A stretch of 64,000 nucleotides of DNA, taken from the human T2T-CHM13v2.0 reference genome, Homo sapiens. Where the stretch lies: assembly GCF_009914755.1 (NCBI RefSeq), contig NC_060927.1; one strand, given 5' to 3'. Positions 1-15,785 of this stretch are shown here, one piece after another (within the stretch, counting starts at the first letter, position 1; every line of letters begins with the position of its first letter). The notes under the pieces are model-generated. The model was not told the DNA's origin. It saw only the letters and a program-made list of their open reading frames with translations, and did no database searches. The translations under genes and the position numbers were made by a program.

Positions 1-1778
1 AATAATTCCATTTACAACAGCTTCCAAAAGAATAAAATACCTAGGAATAAATTTAACCATGGAAATAAAAGACTTGTACACTGAAAATTACAAAACATTG
101 CTGAAACAAATCAAAGAAGAACTAAATAAATGAAAGGACTATGTTCATGAATTAAAATGCTTAATATTGTTAAGATGCAATACTACCCAAAGTGATCTAT
201 AAATTCAATGAAATTCTTATGAATATTTTAACAGCCTTTTTTTAATTTACAGAAATGAGAAAGTTAACCCTCAAAGCCATATAGAATTGCAAGGAGCTCC
301 AAAATGCCAAACAATATTGAAAAAGAAGAATAAAATTGGAGGACTCATAATTTCTGACTTCAAAACTTAACTATAAAGCTACAGTGATAAAAACACTGTA
401 GTACTGTATAAAGTAGACATAAAAAATCAATGGAAATAAACCAATACATATATGGCTAATTGATTTTTGACAAAGATGCCAAGACTATTCAATAGGAAAA
501 GAATGGTCTCTTCAATAATGTTTCTGGGATAAGTACACATGCACACACAAAAGTGAAATTGGACTCCTACTTTACACCATATGCAAAAATTAACTCAAGA
601 TGGATCGGTGGCCTGCATGTAAGTGCAAAACCTTAATACTCTTAGAAGAAAACATTGGGGTAAGTTTTTATGGCCTTGGGCTCAATAATGGATTTTTAGA
701 TAGGACACCAAAAACTTCAGCAACCAAAGAAAAATGAAATAAATTGACCTTCCTAAAAATTAAAATCCTTTGTGCATCAATGAATATTATCAAGAAAATG
801 AAGACAATTCATAAGATGGGAGAAAATATTTGCCAGTCATATATCTCATAAGGGTCTAGTATCTATATTACATAAAGAACTCTTACAACTCAAAAAGAAA
901 AAGACAGACAGCCCAATTTTTAAATGGCCAAAGGACATGAATAGATATTTCTCTAAAAGAATATACAAATGTTCAATAAGCACTTGAAAAGATATTCAAA
1001 ATCATTCATCATTAGTTATTAGGGAAATGCAAATCAAAACCACAATAAGATAGCATTTCACATCCACTAGGAAGACTATAATTTTAAAAAATGGAAAGTA
1101 GCAAGTGTGGACAAAAATGTGGGGAAACTGGAAACTCTACTATTTGGCTGGTGGAAATGAAAAATGGTTTAGCGACTTTGGAAAACATTTTGATTGTTCC
1201 TCATAAAAATAAGTAGGTTTACCATATGACCCAACAATTCCACTCCTGGATATAAATGCCAAAGAATTTAAAATAGGTGTTCAAACAAATCTATGTACAT
1301 ACATGTCCACAGCAACACTATTCACCATAGCCAAAAGGTGGAAACAACCTAAATGTTCAGCAACAGATGATGGATAAACAAATTGTTGTGTATGCATACA
1401 ACGGGATATTATTCTGCTATAAAAAAGAATGAAGTGTTGATACATGCTACAATGTAGATGAACCTTATCAGCATTATGCTAAGTGAAAGAAGCCAGACAC
1501 AAAATGTCCCATAGTATATGACTTTATTTATATGAAATATTCAGAATAAGTAAATCCATAGAGATAGAAAACAGATTGGTGGTTGCCAGGGGCAGTAAGA
1601 TGGGGAATTAGGTATTACTACTTAATGGGCATGGAATTTCTTTTAGATGGTGAAAATATTTTGGAACTAGATAAAGAATATAGTTGCCCATCGTCATGAA
1701 TGTACAGGAAACCAGTAAGTTGTACACTTTAAAATGGCTAACTTTACATTATGTAAATTTTACCTCAATTTTTAAAAA
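1..1778 (+). mobile_element. Old LINE-1 (L1MB-like): 3' part of ORF2 plus 3'UTR, degenerate
   Basis: Typical L1 ORF2 sequence (AAATACCTAGGAATAAATTTAACC; AGGGAAATGCAAATCAAAACCACAAT; ACCATATGACCCAACAATTCCACTCCT) followed by an L1M-type 3' end (TGTACACTTTAAAATGG...TTTTACCTCAATTTTTAAAAA); many stops. Confidence 0.9.
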
Positions 1779-1794
1779 TCTACTTAGGAATGAT

Positions 1795-3260
1795 TCTCAT
1801 GTACTAAAATGCACCCAATTTAAATGCATGTCAATAAATTTTGACATATATACAATTTCATGTAACAACCACCTCAATCAAAATATAGAACATTTCTATT
1901 CACCTGAAAAGTTTCTTTGTGCTCCTTTTCAGTCATACTACCACCTTGAACTCCTAGCCGGACAAACACTGATCTTTTTTTCTCACACCATATATTAGTT
2001 TTTCTTATACTAAAACATTTATAAATCAAGTATGTGCTTACTTTTTGAAGGCTAGCTTCTTTCACAGTATGTGAGATTTGTCCAATTTGTTGATACATCA
2101 GTAATCCATTCCTTTTTAATCCTAAACAGATTCCATTGTATGACTAAGACACAATTTTTTTACTCAGCTATCTATTTGTGTTGTTTCCAATTTTTGGCAA
2201 TTATGAATAAAGCTTTGATGAACATCTGTGTACAAATCTGTGGTTGGTATGTTTTTATTTCTTTTGGGTAAATTCCTACAAGTGGAATTGCCAGATCATA
2301 AGGTAAGTATATATATGTTTAGCCTTTTTTTTTTTTTTTTTTGAGTCAGAGTCTCATTCTGTTGCCCAGCCAGGCTGGAGTGCAGTGACATGATCGCAGC
2401 TCACTGCAACCTCTGCCTCCTGGGTTCAAGAGATTCTTGTGTCTCAGACTCCTGAGTAGCTGGGATTACATGCATGTGCCACCAGCCCAGCTAATTTTTG
2501 TAATTTTAATAGAGACAGTGTTTCGCCATGTTGGCCAGGCTGGTCTTGAACTTTTGGCTTCAAGTGATCCACCCACCTTCGCCTCCCAAAATTACAGGCG
2601 TGAGCCACCATGCCCAGCCTGCTTTATTTATTTATATTTTTAAGCCAGCCTTTTTTCTGAATACTTGAAACATTTTACACTCCATCAGTTGGGTGTGAGT
2701 GTCATATGTTCCAAATCCTCACCAAGAGTTGGTATGATCAGTCTTTAATTTTAGACATCATAAGAGGTGGGTAGTTGTATCTCACTGTGGCTTTAATTTG
2801 CATTTCTATAATGTTATATGATGTTGAGCTTATTTTTACATTCATTTGCTATCCATATGTCTTTGGTGAAGTATCTGTTCAAATTTTTGGCTCATTTTAC
2901 AATTTTTTTTTATTATTGAGTTTTAAGAGCCCTTTATATATTCTGGCTACAAGTTCTTAATTAAATATGGGATTATTCAAATATTCTCTCCCAACTTATG
3001 GCTTGTCTTTTCCGTCTGTTGAAAGTATTTCAAAGAGCAGATGTTCTTAGTTTTAGTGAAGGCCAATTTATCTTTTTTTTCTTTTACATTGTGCTTTGGT
3101 GTCTTACCCAAGAAATCTTTGCCTAATTCAGCATCACAAATTTATTACTCTGTGTTTTTTTTCTAGATGTTTCATAGTTTTAGATTTTACATTTGGCCTG
3201 TGAGGTATTTGGAATTAATTTTTGTATAGAGTATGAAGTATGGATGGAAGTTTCTCTGTG
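1795..3260 (-). mobile_element. Old LINE-1 (L1MC/L1ME-like) 3' end and ORF2 fragment, interrupted by an Alu
   Basis: Reverse-strand L1 3'UTR motifs (ACCACCTCAATCAAAATATAGAACATTTC; ATTATGAATAAAGC; TTTAATTTGCATTTCT); its 3' end faces the 3' end of the element at 1-1778. Confidence 0.8.
2325..2619 (-). mobile_element. Alu (AluS/J)
   Basis: Poly-T followed by GGCTGGAGTGCAGTG...ATTACAGGCGTGAGCCACCATGCCCAGCC. Confidence 0.97.
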
Positions 3261-3279
3261 TATAAAGTATCTGGGTTAT

Positions 3280-4990
3280 TTTTTGTTGTTATTTTTCCTG
3301 GCAGCTTTTAAGATTTTTTCTCATTATTATTTTTATTACTGGGTTGTAGCATTGTGATTTTGATATGCCTTAGTATGGTTTTCTTTTATTTTACTGCTTG
3401 CAGTTTTTTGGTTCTTGAATTTGTGGATTGACATTTGTAATCATGCTATTGTAAGAGATATTGATACTTTAATTTCAATTTTCAATTATTTGTTGCTGGT
3501 GTGTAAAAATAAAATTTGATTTTTATATATTGATCTTGTACCCTGCAATATACTAAACTGACTTGTTAGTTCTAGTAGTGTTTTCATAGATTCTGTAAGT
3601 TTTCCTTCAGAGAGAAACAAACCCATTGTCTGTGAACAAAGACAGTTTACATCTTCCTTACATTCTGTTTGTCTTTAATTTCTTTTTTTTTGTGTTATTG
3701 CCCTGACTCCAACCTCTGTTACCATGTTAAATAGAAGTGGTGAGACCAGATTTCCTCACCTTGTTCCTGATGTTACAGGGAGCAGTTTTTTGTATGGGCC
3801 TAATTTTGCCTCACTATTAAGGCAAAACTTTTCTTAGTACTCTACCCAATGTGTTGTGAGTTATTAGTTTTTCCAGTCTGAATAGTGAAAACAGGCACTA
3901 GTCCTGGCTCTGCTGGAGATCCAGAGAGTTTTCCTTCTAATCTTTTAGGATGTTTTTCCTCTTGATCTTAGGTAGTTCCTTTACATGGATATACTGATAA
4001 GTATTTAGTTGATGATTTGAGAGGGATTGTCCAGAGGTCTCTCTTTGTGCAGTTCTATCCTTGCTGGTACTCTATTCTGCAAACTCTAGCTCTGTGGCCT
4101 CCCTGAACTCCCAGTTCTTTCTCCTCAGGGCGATCTCCTGACATCCTGGCTTTCCAATATTTGTAACACAACCTTAAGACTTTCTCCAGGCAATAAGTTA
4201 GGGTAATCATAGGGTTCATTCACCTCCTTTGTTTGAGGTTTCTCTGGGTTCTCTGTTCTTCATTGCCTGATGTCCAATGCCCCTAAATCATTGTTTCATA
4301 TATTTTGTCCATTTTGTGATTTCAGGCATGATGGTGAATGTAATCCCAACTTATCACTGTTGAAAGCAGATGTCCCAAATATCTTTTGTTATTTCTTTCT
4401 CATTTATTTTTGTTGTGGCCAAAAAACATAATCTGTATTATTGTGATACTTTAAATTTATTGAAACTAGTTTTATGCCCTATCATGTGATTTCTCTTGAT
4501 GAATGTTCCATTTACTTGAAATGAATGTATCCTCTGAACATTATAATGTGTGTAATGTTCTATAAATGTCAATTAGATCAAGCTGGTTGATAGGGTTTTT
4601 TTGTGCCTTCTCTACACTACTGTTTGTTAAGAAGACATCCTTGCTGAGTCAATAAGAAGTTAGCTAACAGCACTGTTCCATCAATCACTGAGAGAGAAGA
4701 ATTGAAATCCTGAATATAGTACTGGATTTGTCTTATTTCCCCTTTTAATTCTTTCAGTTTTGCTTCATATATTTCAAGTTTCTATGTTAGGTGCATAGAC
4801 AATTAGTATTGCTATGTCTTCTTGAGGAGTTGACTTCTTTATCATTATAAAATGTCTCTTTTTTCTTTAGTAATATTTATTGTTCTGAAGTCTACTTTTT
4901 CTGAGTATTATAGCCAACTTATTTTTCTTATGATTTGTATTTTATGGTACACTTTTTACAAAATCTTACTTTTAACTTTGTTTTTTTTTT
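3280..4990 (-). mobile_element. Mosaic of old L1 fragments (ORF2/ORF1/5' region)
   Basis: T-rich reverse-strand L1-like sequence (AATAGAAGTGGTGAGA; TCTATAAATGTCAATTAGATC; TTCAGTTTTGCTTCATATATTT); boundaries approximate. Confidence 0.6.
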
Positions 4991-5006
4991 TTTTTTTTAC
5001 CATGTT

Positions 5007-7601
<2,595 letters not shown>

Positions 7602-7606
7602 ATGTT

Positions 7607-8260
7607 CATGTTTTCTTGTAGCTTCTTCAACATATGGAATATATCTATAACAATTAAATGCATGCTAATTTCAACATCTCTATCATTTTGGTGTCTGTTT
7701 CTATTGACTAATTTGTTTTTCTTCATTATTGGACACATTTTCCTGCTTCTTTGCATGTCTTCAATATTCAGTTGGATGCTGGACATTATGCTCAACAATG
7801 TGACAGTCTTCCTTGAAAACTTTAAGAGTATTGGTGTTTACTTGGGCAAGCAGCTACCTTATTTGAAAATAAGTTTGATAATTTTAAGGCTTGTTTTTAA
7901 ACTGTGTTACAGTGGGTCTAGCATAGCCTCTACAGCTTGTTTACCCTTACTCTGAAGGCACAGTCTTTTTGGGTGCTTTATGAATGTTTCTTGTCTTCTA
8001 AATAATCTCTTTCCCCTGCCTGTTCAGAACTCAAATGTCTCTTAGTCCTGTGTGAGCCGTAGTAGTTTTTCTGTTAATAGTACCCTGGTAGCTTTTCTCT
8101 CCCTGGTAGTTGTTTTTTGCCTGACTTAAAGGAGTTTTGCCCTACTTTGCCTTCCTATTCAGCCAAAGGCACAGGTAACCTATGTGCAGATTTCTGGAGT
8201 TCTTTTTTGGAGCTTCCTCCTCTTTAGAACTCTGAACTATAATTTCTGTTTCTCACTCTC
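7607..8260 (-). mobile_element. Old L1 5'-region fragment, probably continuing the L1 disrupted by THE1
   Basis: L1M-like reverse-strand sequence (CACATTTTCCTGCTTCTTTGCATGTC; GGATGCTGGACATT; GCAGATTTCTGGAG). Confidence 0.5.
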
Positions 8261-8269
8261 ACAATGTTT

Positions 8270-11200
8270 TATTTATTTTTTTTGTTGTAAAAATCACCTC
8301 ACATAAAATTAGCCCTATTAATACATTTTTAAGTGTAAAGTATTTTTAACTATATGTGCATTGTTGTACAGCATATCTCTAGAACTTTTCCATCTTGCAT
8401 TGCTGAAACTCTATATCCATTGCACAGCAATTTTCCACTTCCCCCTCCTCACACCCTTGTAACCACCATTTGACAATTTGCTTCTATGAGTTTAACTAGT
8501 TTAGATACCTCATATAAGTAGAATCATGCAGTATTTGTGCTTTTGTGACTGCTTTATTTCACTTGGGATAATGCTTTTTTCCACAAGAGTTTGAGAAGGA
8601 TTGGCATTAACTTTTTAAGTGTTTAATAGAATTCTCCAGTGAATCCTTCTGGTCTTGGGCTTTTCTTTGTTGGCAAGTTTTTGGTTACCGATACAAACTC
8701 CCTACTTATTGTAGGTATAGTCTTGTATTATATTTGATCAAGATTCAGTCTTGGTAGGTTGTATATTTCTAGGAATTTGTCTATTTCTTCTAAGTTAGAC
8801 AATTCATTCACATATAATTGTTCATAGTGGTCTTTCATAATCTTTTTTATTTCTGTGACATCAGCTGCAATGTCTTTTATTTTTGAGTTCATTTATTTAA
8901 GTTTTCTCATTTTTTATAGTCTTGCTAAGTAAGAGTTTGTCAATTTTGTTAATATTTTTAAGAAATCCTTAGTTTTGTTGATTTTTTCTTACTGTCTATT
9001 CTGCTATTTAATTTATTTTTTCCTAATTGTTATTATTTTCATCCTTCTGCTAACTTGGGGCTTTATTTGTTCTTCTTTTTCTAATTTTTTTGAGGTGTAA
9101 AGTTAAGCTGTTTATTTGAGATTTTTTTTAATGTAGGCATAAAAGTTCTTTCTTAGTACTGATTTTGCTGCATCCCATAAATTTTGGCATGTTGTGTTTC
9201 CATTTTCATTTGTCTCAAGGTAATTTCTAATTTTCCTTTGGTTTATTCTTTGACTCAATTGTTATTCAGCAGTATGTTAGTTACCACATATTTGTGAATT
9301 TTTCAGTTCTTTCTTCTGCTATTGTATTGTAGTTACATTTCATTGTAGTTGGGAATAATACTTGGTATGATTACAATCTTAAATTTGTTAAGGCTTGCTT
9401 GTGATCTGAGGTGATTCATCCTGGAGAATCTTCTGTGTGCTCTTGAAAAGAATATGGATTCTGCTTCTCTCGGATGGAATGTTCTGTATATGTCTGTTAG
9501 GTCCAGTTGGTCTATAGACTTGTTCAAGTTGTCTGGTCCCTTATTAATCTTTTATCAGGTTTGTTGTATCCATTATTGAAAGTGGGGTATTGAAATCTCC
9601 TACTATTATTGCACAAGTATTTCTCCCTTCAGTTCTGTCAATGTTTGCTTCATATATTTGGATGCTCTGATTTGGGTGCATACAAACTTATAATTGTTCT
9701 ATTTTCTTGATTAATTAATCTTTTTGTGGTTATATATTGTTCTTCTTTGTCTCTTATGACAGATTTTGACTTAAATCCTATTTTGTCTGACACAACTATG
9801 GTCACATCTGGTCTTTTTCAATTACCATTTAAACAGATTATCTTTTCCCATCCTTTTACTTTCAGTCTATGCATGTCCTTAAATCTAAAATTGGTCTCCT
9901 ATAGACAGTATATAGTTGAATCTTTTTTCAAAATCCATTCAGTGACTTTATGGCTTATTTGAGGAGGTTAATCCATTTATATATAAAGTAATTACTGATA
10001 GTAAAGTACTTATTATTAACATTATATTAATTATTTTATGTTTATCTTGTAGATTTTTGTCCCTTGTCTCCTCCTATCTTTCTTTGTGTTTCATTGATTT
10101 TATTTTTCAAGTGGCACATTTTGATTATTTTCTCTTCTGTACTTTTTATAGATGTTTTCTTTGTGGTTACCATGGGACTTACATAAACTATCTTATATTT
10201 ATGACAATCTATTTTATGTTGATAACAACCTTAACATCAATTGCATACAAATACTGTATTATCTTACTTCTACTACCCCACATACTTTATATTATTGATT
10301 TCCCAAATCACATCTTTTTATATTGTGTATCTATTAACATTTTAGTTATATTTATTTTTCATACTTTTATTTTTTTAATTAAATACCAGAGTTAAATGTT
10401 ATTTATTCACCATCATTACAGTATTTCAGTATTCTGCATTTGTCTATATATTTACCTTTTCCCATGAGTATTATACTTCCATATTCTTTCATGTTGCTTT
10501 CTAGCATCCTTTTATTTCAACTTGAAGGACTCTCCTTAGCGTTTCTTGTGAGGCAGGTCTAATGGTGATGAATTCTTTCAGCTTTGGTTTATCTGGGAAA
10601 GTCTTTATTTCTCCTTCATTTCTGAAGGACACCTTGTCAGATAGCATATTTTTAGTTGGAAGTTTTAACCTTTTAGTACTTTGAATATATCATCCCACTT
10701 CCTTCTGGCCTGCAAGGTTTCTGTTGAGAAATCCACTGATAGTCTCATGGGGGCTCCCTTGGACATGACTCTTTTCTCTTGCTGCTTTCAAAACTCATTC
10801 TTTGTCTTTGAATTTGACAATTATACTGTGTCTCATTGTGATCTTTTTTAAAATTTTTAATTTGTATTATTTTTTACTTAATTGATGTACATAATTGATG
10901 TATATGTTTATGGGGTACATGAGATACTTTGATTCAGGAATGCAATAAGTAATACTCGCATCATGAAAAATGAGGTATCCATATCCTCAAGCATTTATCA
11001 TTTATGTTATAAACAATCCACTTATACTCTTTTAGTTATTACAAAATGTACAATTAAATTATTGTTGGCTATAGCCACCCTGTTGTACTATCAAATGCTA
11101 GGTCTTATTCATTCTGTGGGTTGGCTCTTCACTTTTCTTTATAATGTTCTCTGATGCACAAAAGCTTCTAAATTTTGATGAAGTCTAATTTATATTTTCT

Positions 11201-11860
11201 TTTGTTGCTTGTGCTTTTGGGGTCATGTCTAAGAATCTGTTGTCAAATCCAAGCTCATACATATTTATCCCTATGTTTTCTAGATTTTATAGAGTTATAT
11301 AGATTCTCAAATTTAAGCTTTTTATCTATTTTGAGTTAATTTTTTTATGTGATGTGAGGTAAGAGTTCGACTTCATTCTTTTACATGTAGTTATCCAGTT
11401 GTCCCACTGCTATTTGTTGAAAAAAGTATTCTTTCCTTATTGAATGGTCTTGGCTCCCTTGTCAAAATCAATTGACCATAGATGTATGGTTTTATTTTTG
11501 GATGCTCCATTCTATTCTATTTATCTATATGTCTTTTCTAATGCCATTACCACACTGTTTTGATTACTATCTTTGTCATACATTTTGAAATTATAAAGTA
11601 TTATTTCTCGAACTTTATTCTCTTTATTCAGAGTTGTTTAGACTATTTGGTATTCTTTGCAATTACATATGAATTTTAGGATCAACTTGTGCAGTTTTGT
11701 AAAAGAGGCAGTTGGAATTTAAAGAACTGCATTAAATCTGTAGATTACTTTGGGTAGTTTTGCCATCTTAACAATATTAAGTCTCCCAGTTCATGAATAT
11801 GGAATGTCTTCCTATTTATTTAAGTCTTCTTTAATTTCTTTCAACAATGTTTTCTAAGAA
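8270..11860 (-). mobile_element. L1 mosaic: L1MA-type 3' ends (about 8270-8575 and 10850-11115) plus ORF2/ORF1 segments
   Basis: TTAGATACCTCATATAAGTAGAATCATGCAGTATTTG and TTTATGGGGTACATGAGATA are L1MA 3'UTR motifs; ORF 9333-9527 (DLTDIYRTFHP) is L1 endonuclease; TTTATCTGGGAAAGTCTTTATTTCTCC is ORF1-like. Confidence 0.88.
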
Positions 11861-11905
11861 AAAATATTACACAATATTTATTTTTTTTACATTTAATTTT
11901 TACAG

Positions 11906-12510
11906 ATTTGAAAACAATTTGTAGCCAACTTCAGTATGAATCAAAGCATTGTTTTAAAAGGAAAGATTCCTTCTGACATTAAATTGCATTTTCCAAGAAC
12001 CAGCAACATCAACCATCCAGACTTTAATTATGGAATCACAGGTGCAACTGCGTATCTCCTCAGTAGAGGACAGGAAGATTTGTGTGACTGGGACTTTATG
12101 GATTTGGCATCTCCTGCAAGATGTGTGTCCAACTCCTGGGAATACTGTAGCATGATTATAGAATTGGTTTCTATTGTCTGTTTTCTGTTTGTTGCTCTCT
12201 CATAAGTTAAGAATCTTGGATTTCAAGTCTATAGTGTAACACTCTTGTTCATAATTTCTTATTTAAAAAAATGTTTAAATATTTCTATATTAAGTATTTT
12301 TTCAAACTATTTGGGCTTGCTATTGAACAAATGTTCTCTTTGTATTGTATATTTTGAAGGTGCTAAAAAGCATCACTAAAACATTTTGGAATATAACAGA
12401 AAGATGGTTAATACATTATACTGACTACTTTTTTCTCAATTAAGATATACAAATCTTTTATATTTAGTAATCAGAAAGGCAATAAAGCATATGTACCTTA
12501 CCTCTTCACC
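11906..12510 (+). other. Candidate terminal exon of an upstream + strand gene (short coding tail plus 3'UTR)
   Basis: Strong acceptor TTTTTTTTACATTTAATTTTTACAG|AT (AG 11904-11905) where L1 sequence ends and unique sequence begins; phase-1 frame reads xLKTICSQLQYESKHCFKRKDSF* (TGA 11974-11976); AATAAA at 12481; gene not recognised. Confidence 0.45.
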
Positions 12511-12989
12511 ATCCTATGTTGAATTCCTTTTCAATATGTTCTTTGATAAGAGTAAAAATTTAAATAGTCTTTGGTGAGATATTGCATTATGCTATTCTTT
12601 TCTTCTGGGCATGGGGATAATTTTTTTAAAAAAATCCAAGCAGTTTAGTCCTACAGGGGAAAGTTTTCCATTCTTGCTAAGTTTATTTATAACTAGAAGT
12701 CAGATACCAACTACATCTACCCTGGAAAAAAAATCTCAAGCAAAAGAGAGCTGCCTCAAAGGAATTTGTAAAATATGTGTGCATAGATAGGTCATCTGTT
12801 TATAAAGTACTGGGAAAAGGTAGAGAATACAGTCAATCCTCAGATGCTTTGGAAATCTGAAACATAAACAAAAGTCTTTTGAAAGTCACATTGGTATATA
12901 TACCACCGCTTAATGGAAGAATAACTCAGCATTGATGTGAGTGGGATTATGGTCTCAGATGTGAATTCTGGAAATATTAACTTTTAGCT

Positions 12990-13240
12990 AGTATATGTGG
13001 TAGTGAAAGATTATAAATTTGGAGTCAGGAGCTTTAGGCTGATTCCCAGTTCTACCACTGGTGGCTTATGGTCATCATTTAGCCAAACCTTGGTCAACTT
13101 CCTGCAATAAACACTTCTGGTTTCAAAAGTTAATCTTACTTTATGGATATGGAAAGTGAGATTCTGAGAGATTAAGTAATTGTCTGATGTCCCACAGGTG
13201 ATAAGCCATGTCTTCAGGTCTTTTGGATCCCAGGACCCAA
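12990..13240. mobile_element. MIR fragments
   Basis: TTGGAGTCAGGA...CCCAGTTCTACCACT and GAAAGTGAGATTCTGAGAGATTAAGTAATTG resemble the MIR core. Confidence 0.55.
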
Positions 13241-13978
13241 GATTTTTAAAAATGTTTCCGCATAAGTGCTGGCATCGTAGGGAGCCAAATAGATTTTCAC
13301 ATTAATTTATCTGTTTGTCCACCTGTCTACCTGCATGTGGGCAACTTGATTAGAAGTCGATTTAAAAGAAAAAATAGATACTGGCTTTGAAAATGTAATC
13401 ACTGATAAACACTATTCTTATGTTTTAGTGATATATCTATTCTCTCTAATTACATGACTTAATATCTTCCCCCACTATGAGGCCAAGAAAGAATAAACAT
13501 GTACTTAGGACATATATATAAATTCTAATAGAAAATATAAAAGGCGAGATAAAAGGCATTAATGTTTTAGTATTGTCACTGAGCTTCTTTTAGGTTTTAG
13601 ATATGTTTGCTCTGTGCTATGAATGAAGACGGGTTAAAAAGAGTCCTAGAGGCTTAAATGGAAGTGAATGAGATGTCTTATTGCTGTACATCATCGGTTT
13701 TGTTTTTATCTGGTGTTGAGTTGGCTCATTAAGTTCTGTGTTCCAAGTGTTTATTTGTCTATTGTCACTTTCCAGTCAGCTCTTTGTAGCCTACAGAAAT
13801 GGAAGAGTGGATGAAGCAGTCTCTCTGGGTTTTCTGGATTGCTGGATAGGTGGAGACCTGACAAATTTCAAAGGCTGCTACCTGACTAACCAACTGCCTA
13901 TTCAGGTAAAAGTTTCTCCAGATTTATCTTCAAAACAGTGAAGGTTCTGGGTTATGTGTGTATGGAGGGCTTCATGTG

Positions 13979-14109
13979 TAGAGTTGACAAATTTAGCAAA
14001 CAAAATACAGGATACCCGGTCAAATTTGGATTTCAGAAAAACAACAAATACTTTTTTAGTATAGACCTGCTCTAAATATTGCATAAGTGTTCTGTGTCTG
14101 ACAACCCTC
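13979..14109. mobile_element. Internally deleted MER53 (hAT MITE)
   Basis: TIR-like ends TAGAGTTGACAA / TCTGACAACCCT; MER53 body AAATACAGGATACCCGGTCAAATTTGGATTTCAG; 8-bp TSD TTCATGTG/TTAATGTG. Confidence 0.8.
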
Positions 14110-15337
14110 TTAATGTGGCAAATTTTTTTATAGTAGAATAGAAGTCTGTCTGTTTTCAGATATATTTTTAAAGTCTACATCCAGTTTTAATTCCTTTTCT
14201 TCATACAGTTTTAATATTTTCTTGCCTCAAGGTAGCTGAACATGATATGTTGCCATTAGCGGATTCTTATTCTTTTCTATACTAAGGTTGAACAATAATC
14301 CACTGTTGCTGACACATAGTTTACAATGAGAGTCATGATTAAAAATATAGTCAGTGGCTATAGACAAATATTTCTACAGTAGTATTCAAATGAAAAAAAT
14401 AAAGTGGAATATTTGTAACCTTTTAGAATACTTTGTTAATGTTTTTAATCATGTAAATGACTTTGTCACCTTCATACACTATCCTATATATATTGCATAA
14501 TGGTGGCCTTGGATTTTATGTTTATGGATGTCCATCTTTATCTACCACTCCAGATTTTTACAGCCATCTTCGACATGAACACGGATGTAATCATACTCTC
14601 ACAATTCATGTACTACAGGTTAAAGAATCAGAAGAAAAAAATGTAAGATTGATAATAGTTCACTCAAATACTTCTGTCTGTAATAGAACATTTTCTCATT
14701 TAAAAACTGATAGAGCATTTTCGAGTTATTTTTAATGAGTAAGGCATATTTTGATAAGACATAACATTTCTCTCAACCATCTAAGTGAGTCCTTTGAGAA
14801 TTTTCAGATGTGGCATATTTAGATTCCATGTTATTACCTTTTTTTTTAATTGGTATGTGTCATTGGACACATTAACACATCTATGTTATTGGAAAATAAA
14901 CAGAAATGATTAATCAGAAAAAGGAAAGAGAGATTGGCAGGAATAGTCAAATGCTTTTAGAGGTTCCTGCAGGTGATAGGCAGTACCACTTTTCTCTTGT
15001 GGCTAATCTAAAAACATATCCTCCACAGGATAATAGCCACAAATAGTTTTTAAGTGCTTACCATTTGTCACTCGCATTGTAACTTATTTAATCTTCATAT
15101 CGCCCATTGGGACAGGCACTATTTTAATGTTCAGAGGCTGGTGCAGAATAGGCCTGCAATATAGATTTGCTGAATAACTGAATATTATTTTTATTTTTGC
15201 TTTGTCTGCTGTGTTTTTAAATGACTGTTTCTTCACGTGTGTATTTATGAGCCAGCCCAACAATGAAATTTGCTTTTAGCTATGTACCTATGAGAGTGGC
15301 TCCATTTTTCCCCTTGGGATGGGTGGAGCGTATTTCT

Positions 15338-15356
15338 CTACTGCCCCCTGGTGGTT
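15338..15356 (-). promoter_or_regulatory. CTCF binding motif
   Basis: Minus strand AACCACCAGGGGGCAGTAG closely matches the CTCF core CCACCAGGGGGCGC. Confidence 0.7.
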
Positions 15357-15669
15357 GTAACTATTACAAGGGTGGGAACAGCTACTCAAATCTACAAATC
15401 AAATACAAATCCCACTGGATACTAGAGTGGGGAAGGCAGGAAGATGACCCCCAGTTGTGTACCAGGCATGGTGAAAGACCTTTTATATGTGCTCCTTGAA
15501 CTCGCTTATTTTCCATGGCAAACTCATTTATACAATTGAGGAAATCGAGGCATCCACAAATTGGACTGAGGTCACATAGCCAGCTGGTAGAGGGATTAGA
15601 TTTCAAAATCAACCTAAAGTGATATGAGGTATATATCAAGCTGATTTACAGTGTAATTGGTGTCATGTG

Positions 15670-15785
15670 ACTCATAAGCTCTATAAGAACAGGGACTGTC
15701 TCAATCTTCTTCCAGACTGAGTACGTAGCCGACATTCGGCAAATAGTGGTGGAATGAATGAATTGTGAAATATATGGAAATCTCC
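15670..15785 (+). mobile_element. L2 3'-end fragment (MIR pieces nearby at about 15030-15130 and 15520-15610)
   Basis: AAGCTCTATAAGAACAGGGACTGTC...AAATAGTGGTGGAATGAATGAA resembles the L2 tail. Confidence 0.5.

Noticed and set aside
11936-12205. 89-aa ATG ORF
   Set aside because: No recognisable homology; it overlaps the candidate terminal exon in another frame and is probably incidental
13979-14109. miR-1302 precursor
   Set aside because: One arm of this MER53 is deleted and the TTGGGACATACTTATG mature sequence is absent
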